This document shows, piece after piece, positions 12,321 to 17,091 of a stretch of 17,091 nt of DNA. Both the position numbers and the translations under genes were made by a program. A model generated the notes under the pieces. That model was not told the origin of the DNA. It saw nothing but the letters and a program-made list of their open reading frames with translations, and ran no database searches. Source of the DNA: a virus; IMG/VR virus record IMGVR_UViG_3300047160_030535, positions 1 through 17,091 of that record. The stretch is one strand, 5' to 3'. Position 1 is the first letter of the stretch; every line of letters begins with the position of its first letter.

Positions 12321-13339
12321 TGGCCGCCCAGTACCTCCGCAATCTCAGCCTCATCGTTGCCGATCCCGCGGGCAAAGGCTTGGAGCTTGGCGACCTGCGC
12401 TGTGTGTTCGAGGTGCGGCGCGGCGATCTGCAGACGCCTAACTCGTGCGACGTCAGGGTCTACAATTTAGCTGATGCCACCGCTAATCGACTGCGCACGC
12501 CTGAGTTCACGCAGCTGGAATTGAGAGTTGGGTACGCCGATCAGCAGCTGCAGCTGATTTTCCGCGGCAGCATCCGCCAGGTGCGTAAGGGCCGCGAGGA
12601 TCAGCGCAACTCCTACGTCAGCATCACGGCTGCCGATGGCGACGAAGCCTATAACTTCTCCGTCGCCGCGCTGACGCTCGCCGCGGGCTCGACACCGCAG
12701 AACGCGATCGAGCGGCTGATTCAGCAGATGGCAACTGCCGCGTCGGGTTCACCGACCGGCGGCTCCGGCGGCCAGGTGGTCACGCAGGGTTATCTGCCAG
12801 CGCTGACGACGAACAAGTCCGTGCGCGGGCGCACCTACTTTGGCATGTGTCGCGACGAACTTCGCGAGCTCGCCGAAAACAATGATTGTTTCTGGTCGAT
12901 TCAGGACGGTGCCGTCACATTCATTCCGCAGACGGCTTTCATCCCCGGCACGGCCGTGTTGATCACGCCGTTCACTGGCCTCATCGGCGTGCCCGAGCAG
13001 ACACAAAACGGTCTCGACATGACGGTGCTCATCAACCCGAGCATAAAGATTGGTCAGCTAGTGAAGCTCGACTCATCAGACATCAACAGATTCCGTTACG
13101 GCCTCGACCTGCCAGCGCAGCCCATCAATGTCTTGTTGGCGCAGTCGGTGACCAAACTCAATGCCGACGGCCTTTACTACGTCATGCGCGCCGATCACAC
13201 CGGAGATACGCGCGGCAACACGTGGTACACAAAGTTAGTATGCCTCGCGGTGGACGCCGCCTTCCCGCAGACCGCGGCGCCTCAGGCGGCCATCGCGCCG
13301 CCATTTCCGCCGCCGTTGAACGCAGTGCCAAGGTACTAA
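12320..13339 (+). CDS. Phage tail/baseplate hub-like protein (gpD / gp27 / XkdQ-like N-terminal pattern), 339 aa
   Basis: The N-terminal pattern L.L.V.D..G..L.L..L...FEV......PN.C.V.VYNL...T...L.....LELRVGY.....LIF.G.I......R.......V.I.A.DGDEAY resembles hub/protein-D-type tail proteins as I remember them. The CDS itself is well supported; the functional call is tentative. Confidence 0.5.
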   Translation: MAAQYLRNLSLIVADPAGKGLELGDLRCVFEVRRGDLQTPNSCDVRVYNLADATANRLRTPEFTQLELRVGYADQQLQLIFRGSIRQVRKGREDQRNSYVSITAADGDEAYNFSVAALTLAAGSTPQNAIERLIQQMATAASGSPTGGSGGQVVTQGYLPALTTNKSVRGRTYFGMCRDELRELAENNDCFWSIQDGAVTFIPQTAFIPGTAVLITPFTGLIGVPEQTQNGLDMTVLINPSIKIGQLVKLDSSDINRFRYGLDLPAQPINVLLAQSVTKLNADGLYYVMRADHTGDTRGNTWYTKLVCLAVDAAFPQTAAPQAAIAPPFPPPLNAVPRY

Positions 13340-13359
13340 ACGCCGAAGGTGGGCCAAAC

Positions 13360-14214
13360 ATGTCGTACTCAATCGCAACCGTCTTTGACGCCGATGGCAC
13401 GGCTAGCGGCGGCACGATTGGGGCGACGGGAACGCTTACAGTCGGCGGGCGCGCGCCAATACTGATCGTAGGCGCTGGCTTTTCCGACCTCGTATCTGGC
13501 GTGAGTGATGGCACCTCGAACAGCTATTCGCACGTGACGGGTGGGTCGCTCGCCAACCCCGGGTCCTCGGGACTGTTCTACTCACTCTGGGAGTGCAAGA
13601 ACATCGTGACGGGCGGCTCGCAGACCGTGACGGCGACGTACTCGAGCGCGGTGACGCAGCGCGCGATCGCCGTCGTGGTCGCGACAGGACTGGATACGTC
13701 GGCGGCTGCGGCGATTAACACGACCGCCAACATCACCCCAGGCAACGGGACTGACATCATTACATCGGGTACGGCGACCCCTGGGGCACAGCCGGCAATG
13801 GTTCTTGGCTTCGCTCAGGACGTGACCGCAGACTTCAGTTCGCTGACCGCTGGCACAGGATTCACTTCGCACAGCCTGCCAAACTTCAGCCTGATCAACA
13901 GCGGCTGTATCGCCATCTGTGAAGACAAGCGGGTCACCTCGACCAGTGCAGTCGCGGCAACCTTCTCGACCGCCGCTGGCGGTGGCGATGACTACGCTGC
14001 CTTGGTTTACATAGTCCCGGAGACCTCTACTGGAAATACTGGTATCACTCCTGGCGCGGGCTCGGCCACATGTACCGGTAACACCGCGATCGTGACCCCG
14101 CGCCTCAACACCGTCATCACGCCGGTTCGCGCGCAGTACGAGCGCGACACTAGCAGCGGACTCCTTGTGCCCTCACGCAAAATTTTTCTGCCGCCGATGA
14201 AAATAGCGGCGTAG
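13360..14214 (+). CDS. Ser/Thr/Gly/Ala-rich beta-type protein, 284 aa (possible tail fibre / receptor-binding or jelly-roll protein)
   Basis: GGTGG lies 7 nt upstream of ATG 13360; the ORF-track start at 12886 is an off-frame-looking extension through the previous gene. The composition and alternating beta-strand-like segments (TVTATYSSAVTQRAIAVVVATG; AVAATFSTAAGGGDDYAALVYIV) are typical of fibre/lectin-like folds. Confidence 0.5.
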   Translation: MSYSIATVFDADGTASGGTIGATGTLTVGGRAPILIVGAGFSDLVSGVSDGTSNSYSHVTGGSLANPGSSGLFYSLWECKNIVTGGSQTVTATYSSAVTQRAIAVVVATGLDTSAAAAINTTANITPGNGTDIITSGTATPGAQPAMVLGFAQDVTADFSSLTAGTGFTSHSLPNFSLINSGCIAICEDKRVTSTSAVAATFSTAAGGGDDYAALVYIVPETSTGNTGITPGAGSATCTGNTAIVTPRLNTVITPVRAQYERDTSSGLLVPSRKIFLPPMKIAA

Positions 14215-14236
14215 GGCCGTGTGACTGGCTCGTAGA

Positions 14237-14527
14237 TCACAGCCGCAGCTGCAATATGCGCGTGTTGTCCACAACCACGTGCAGCTGCACAGCCCTGCGC
14301 CTGGCGAGCTTGCGCCGGCGCCAGGCGGCGTCCTCACGGGCTTCAATCTGCTCGTGCCGCTCGAGCTCTGCGCGCACGGCTCGCAAGTACGCATGCACAG
14401 CAACGGCTGCCGGGGCTGCGGGCAGCGCGCGCACGGCGGCTGCGAAAACGGTGGCGAAGGCCTCGCCGAGCGCTCGGCGAACGGCTTCTTGGGCGGCGCG
14501 CTCCACGACCAGCGTGGCTGCTGACAT
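14237..14527 (-). CDS. Hypothetical Ala/Arg-rich helical protein, 96 aa
   Basis: GGAGG lies 5 nt upstream of the ATG on the minus strand. High GC3. It is convergent with the fibre-like gene and divergent from the Q-like gene. Confidence 0.55.
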   Translation of the reverse strand: MSAATLVVERAAQEAVRRALGEAFATVFAAAVRALPAAPAAVAVHAYLRAVRAELERHEQIEAREDAAWRRRKLARRRAVQLHVVVDNTRILQLRL

Positions 14528-14663
14528 GCTGACCTCCAGTTGTTTGGTGGCGAGTTTATGACGGCCGCTGGTCTCCTATACACGTACCGCAGCGCTTTAA
14601 TTCCGGCCAGCAATTAGGCGCTTGCGCGCGCGCATCCAAACAATGGATTCCTATGGGGGACGT

Positions 14664-15410
14664 ATGTCGCTGCCGCGACCTCCGGTAGACGACCGAGTCG
14701 CGTGCGAGGCCACCCTCGAGATCGACAGGACCGCTCACCGGCGGATCGATCCGCACCTGGTCGACCTCGACATCCGCCTGCAGCGCTGGGCCTGGTGGGC
14801 AACCGCCTTCTACAAGGCGAAAGGACTTCCCCTCCAGGGCAGTGATCTGGCCACGTGCGGCGCGCCTCGCGATGCCTGGCCGCCGTCCGTGGTGGCCACG
14901 GACGCCGCCGTGCAGGTTTTATCCTTGCGACAGGGGTGCGCGGTTTTCGCGCATTACTGCAGCCGGAACTTGCTGCCCGATAAGCGCGCGCAGGTCTTCG
15001 TCGGCCTGGTCCAGCACCTCGCGCGGCTGAAGGCAACCGCGGCGCCTGCCGTCAGCGCCCGCGCGTTCCGCGAGGATCTCGACCGCGCCCGATGGGTGCT
15101 GAGGGTTGTGCTGGCAGGTGTGAGACAAGAGGGCTACAGCGCCCCCGCGGCGAAGTACAACTGCGGCGCATATAATCGCACCCCCAGCCGTACAGTCGAG
15201 GCCCATCAGATGGTGGAATTCAAAGAACGCTCTACGCTCGGTCGCCCGTCCCAGATCGAAGTCATTAACAATAGTTTGCCCGTCGGGCATATCAGCAAGG
15301 GAGCAGACGGCACATATCGCTATTATCGGGGAATGCAAAACGAGACGACGCCGCAGTACTCGGACCGCAGTCTCGAGGCGCTCAAAGCGAAAGTCAGACA
15401 GGGTCCATAA
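14664..15410 (+). CDS. Putative regulator, 248 aa: Q-antiterminator-like N-terminal region plus a lower-GC C-terminal beta-beta-beta-alpha-like domain
   Basis: GGGGGA lies 3 nt upstream of ATG 14664. DIRLQRWAWWA followed by DAAVQVLSLRQGCAVFAHYC...FREDLDRARWVLRVVL recalls the LERWGAW...D.a..I......L...YY...l..ae..v..mL layout of phage-82-type Q proteins. The C-terminal GHISKGADGTYRYYRG...SLEALKAKV resembles AP2/arm-type DNA-binding folds. Both calls are tentative. Confidence 0.45.
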   Translation: MSLPRPPVDDRVACEATLEIDRTAHRRIDPHLVDLDIRLQRWAWWATAFYKAKGLPLQGSDLATCGAPRDAWPPSVVATDAAVQVLSLRQGCAVFAHYCSRNLLPDKRAQVFVGLVQHLARLKATAAPAVSARAFREDLDRARWVLRVVLAGVRQEGYSAPAAKYNCGAYNRTPSRTVEAHQMVEFKERSTLGRPSQIEVINNSLPVGHISKGADGTYRYYRGMQNETTPQYSDRSLEALKAKVRQGP

Positions 15411-15474
15411 GCCAAGGCGCCGCGCTAACAATCGTCATGTAGAATCAGCTCCCCGCATCAGAGGGGAACCGGTC

Positions 15475-15951
15475 GTGAAGAACTGGGGCAACGTCGAGAA
15501 CTCACTGCGATTCTGGGACCTTTGGCCCGTTCTGCTTGTCCTCGTGCTCCTCGGCGTGTTTGTCGCCGTGCTCGCTTGGGGACCATGGACCATCGACAAT
15601 GCTGCCGACCTTGGCGAGGCATTCGGGATCATCAACGCGGTGTTCACCGGCCTGGCGTTCGCGGGTCTCATCATCACGATTCTGATTCAGGCTCGCGAAC
15701 TGCGACTGCAACGCGAGCAGCTGGCGCTTCAGCGCGAGGAACTGGCCTCACAGCGCGACGAATTGAGGCGCCTCGCGAACGCTCAAGACGACCAGAACTA
15801 CGCGCTACTGGTCAGCGCGTTCGCCGCAGCCGAGGCGTTCGAGCAGCGCCTGAGTTCTTCGTCGCCCTCGCAGGAATTCGCCGAGGCGATTCGATATCTG
15901 AGGACTCACCTGAAGGCGGAGACAGCCAGACGGCGAGAGATCGGCGCCTAA
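15475..15951 (+). CDS. 2-TM membrane protein with coiled-coil tail, 158 aa
   Basis: GTG start with GGGGA 8 nt upstream. TM segments WPVLLVLVLLGVFVAVLAW and FGIINAVFTGLAFAGLIITILI, then RELRLQREQLALQREELASQRDELRRL. Reminiscent of the N-terminal TM-plus-Q/E-helix of putative AbiC-like proteins, at low certainty. Confidence 0.6.
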   Translation: MKNWGNVENSLRFWDLWPVLLVLVLLGVFVAVLAWGPWTIDNAADLGEAFGIINAVFTGLAFAGLIITILIQARELRLQREQLALQREELASQRDELRRLANAQDDQNYALLVSAFAAAEAFEQRLSSSSPSQEFAEAIRYLRTHLKAETARRREIGA

Positions 15952-15969
15952 CAATAAAGGGGGGTGGCC

Positions 15970-16323
15970 ATGGGCGGCATCGGTTTGCGCGAACTGGTAG
16001 TGATACTCGTAGTCGGGCTGCTTTTCGGCGGAGCGATCGCTCTGCTCTTTCCACGAAGGCGGGTACCGCTCAAAGTCAAACGGATTATCGCATGGGCGTG
16101 GATAGCGATCGGAGTGCTTCAGATCGTGATCGGCGCCTCGTACCAGACAACCGGGGGACATGCGATGGCCACCAACGGCCTCTCTGAGGTCGCAATCTTC
16201 GGTGGCGCGTTACTGACCTTCACAGAGAAACGATGGCTGCGGGTGATTGGTGGCTGCGCGATCTTCGTTGGCGTTGTGCTCATGGTGGCTGCTGGCGCCA
16301 TGAGAAACAGCCCCCCGCACTGA
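15970..16323 (+). CDS. 4-TM integral membrane protein, 117 aa
   Basis: The G-rich SD (AAAGGGGGG) ends 5 nt upstream of ATG 15970. Four hydrophobic segments are separated by short charged loops (PRRRVPLKVKR; EKRW). Confidence 0.6.
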   Translation: MGGIGLRELVVILVVGLLFGGAIALLFPRRRVPLKVKRIIAWAWIAIGVLQIVIGASYQTTGGHAMATNGLSEVAIFGGALLTFTEKRWLRVIGGCAIFVGVVLMVAAGAMRNSPPH

Positions 16324-16427
16324 GGCTGCAACGAAAACGCCGCCCGAAGGCACGCTTAAGAGGTTATAGCCGCCGGCAACCGCCGGAATCCTCGTAGAAT
16401 TGCCGCGCGCAACAGAGGCGGATTTAA

Positions 16428-16943
16428 ATGGCGGACGTGACAGTGACCGGAACTGGAATCATGGTGACCACTCGCTTAGGCAAGCCGGGCGAGGTGACTA
16501 TCGAGTACCGCGAGGCGCTGGTTCGGACGACGCGCCTGATGGTGGAGCACACTCAGGCCGAGCCCGATGTCGAGAAGCGAGGCTTCTACGCCCGGGCCTC
16601 AACGCTGTGCGCGCACGCGGCTGCCGAGGGCATTCTCAACGAGTGGCTGTTGAACCGCGATCGCGCCGCCTATCAGAAGCTCGTCGTCGACGCTAAGAAG
16701 AAGCTGGGTCTGGTGAGGCTCGCCGAGCTGACGGTCGGCATGATTGGCGGCACGGTGCCGGCTGACCTCGCCGACCTGAGCTCGCACAAAAACGCGCTGA
16801 CGCATCCGCAGCCGGAGCACCCGCGAACGAGAGCAGTGGGCGGCTGGCTGCTCAGTGACGGACCGCAGCGGGCCCTCGGCGTTGTGGAGGATCTCTATCG
16901 CCAGTTCTTCCCCGGCGGCCAGGCTGCTCCGGTAGCGCCCTAA
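16428..16943 (+). CDS. Hypothetical helical protein, 171 aa, with a KNALTH (R/K-N-x3-H, HEPN-like) motif
   Basis: GAGG lies 9 nt upstream of the ATG. Helix-rich sequence. LSSHKNALTHPQ resembles the RNxxxH HEPN catalytic motif with Lys in place of Arg. It is the last gene before attR. Confidence 0.55.
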   Translation: MADVTVTGTGIMVTTRLGKPGEVTIEYREALVRTTRLMVEHTQAEPDVEKRGFYARASTLCAHAAAEGILNEWLLNRDRAAYQKLVVDAKKKLGLVRLAELTVGMIGGTVPADLADLSSHKNALTHPQPEHPRTRAVGGWLLSDGPQRALGVVEDLYRQFFPGGQAAPVAP

Positions 16944-16987
16944 GTGACTGATTTGCCGCGCCTTGGCAGCCTTGCAAGTAACGTCCG

Positions 16988-17006
16988 AATCGAGCCCCCG
17001 CTACCA
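16988..17006. repeat. attR core: right copy of the element-bounding direct repeat
   Basis: AATCGAGCCCCCGCTACCA. Bases 16994-17006 are identical to tRNA positions 83-95. The CGA replacing CCT would break the tRNA T-stem, so this is a non-functional partial copy. AT-rich flank follows. Confidence 0.75.
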
Positions 17007-17048
17007 TAAAAATCAATATCTTAGAGAAATTTCCTAAGCAGTAGCGTG

Positions 17049-17069
17049 GCTTTACTACCGCTTTACTAC
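17049..17069. repeat. Tandem 11-bp repeat GCTTTACTAC(C) GCTTTACTAC in the host flank
   Basis: Read directly in the AT-rich sequence right of attR. Function unknown. Confidence 0.6.
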
Positions 17070-17091
17070 TTTTCGGCAATCTGACGATTCC

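Larger units (their letters stand above)
83..17006. mobile_element. Integrated ~16.9-kb element (satellite / phage-plasmid-like or reduced prophage) in the 3' end of tRNA-fMet
   Basis: Flanking direct repeat that duplicates the tRNA 3' end. A recombinase gene abuts attL. Cargo includes excisionase-family HTH genes, replication, TA and terminase genes. Composition switches abruptly to AT-rich right after 17006. Confidence 0.75.

Noticed and set aside
12886-13359. N-terminal 158 codons of ORF 12886-14214
   Set aside because: An Arg/His-rich off-frame read through the hub-like gene. A proper SD plus ATG at 13360 follows the hub gene stop.
14614-15431. Minus-strand ORFs 14614-15036 and 14919-15431
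   Set aside because: They are antisense to the Q-like CDS. Arg/Pro/Ala-rich with no SD.
11137-15964. G7 homopolymer tracts (11137-11143, 11248-11254, 15958-15964) as phase-variation switches
   Set aside because: At this GC content, several runs of 7 G or C are expected by chance. Without population data there is no support for length variation. The 15958 tract is simply a G-rich SD.
15970-16050. TatA-like N-terminus (MGGIGLRELVVILVVGLLFGG) of the 4-TM protein
   Set aside because: The similarity is limited to one TM helix. The conserved amphipathic helix that follows LLFG in TatA/E is missing, and three further TM segments follow, so this is probably coincidental.
1-17091. Interpretation as a complete, inducible tailed prophage; presence of CRISPR arrays, IS elements or rRNA
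   Set aside because: No portal, major capsid, protease, tape-measure, tube/sheath or lysis cassette could be recognised. No spacer-repeat periodicity, transposase motifs with terminal inverted repeats, or rRNA-like sequence was seen.

Overview
GC-rich bacterial window that holds, almost end to end, one ~16.9-kb integrated mobile element inserted at the 3' end of an initiator tRNA-Met gene (tRNA 19-95). The element is bounded by a perfect 13-bp direct repeat GCCCCCGCTACCA (83-95 and 16994-17006; 17/19 if extended). The sequence turns AT-rich immediately after the right copy, which I read as host flank.

Gene content, left to right:
- A large serine recombinase whose last codons run into the tRNA/att core, preceded by three translationally coupled small genes (a Zn-finger protein and two membrane proteins).
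- A divergent MerR/excisionase-type HTH gene with a triplicated operator half-site.
- A replication-like operon ending in a DUF3631-like P-loop ATPase. Its 3' third carries ten GGTAAC/GTTACC hexamers, eight of them in clusters on a 9-bp register.
- A catalytic-domain-only tyrosine recombinase next to a 32-bp lox/FRT-like palindrome.
- A HigB-2/HigA-2-like toxin-antitoxin pair with tandem palindromic operators, followed by an odd low-complexity segment.
- Small and large terminase genes with no portal or capsid genes. TerL carries a ~315-aa C-terminal extension that looks like a second, diverged nuclease fold.
- Two small HTH genes, one of the excisionase family.
- A short structural-looking block (hub-like and fibre-like proteins).
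- A Q-like regulator.
- An att-proximal three-gene cassette: a 2-TM coiled-coil protein, a 4-TM protein, and a helical protein with a KNxxxH motif.

Overall this looks like a phage-satellite or phage-plasmid-like hybrid, or a heavily reduced prophage, rather than a complete prophage. All family assignments come from motif recognition by eye. No database search, HMM or folding program was run. No CRISPR array, rRNA or transposase/IS was seen.
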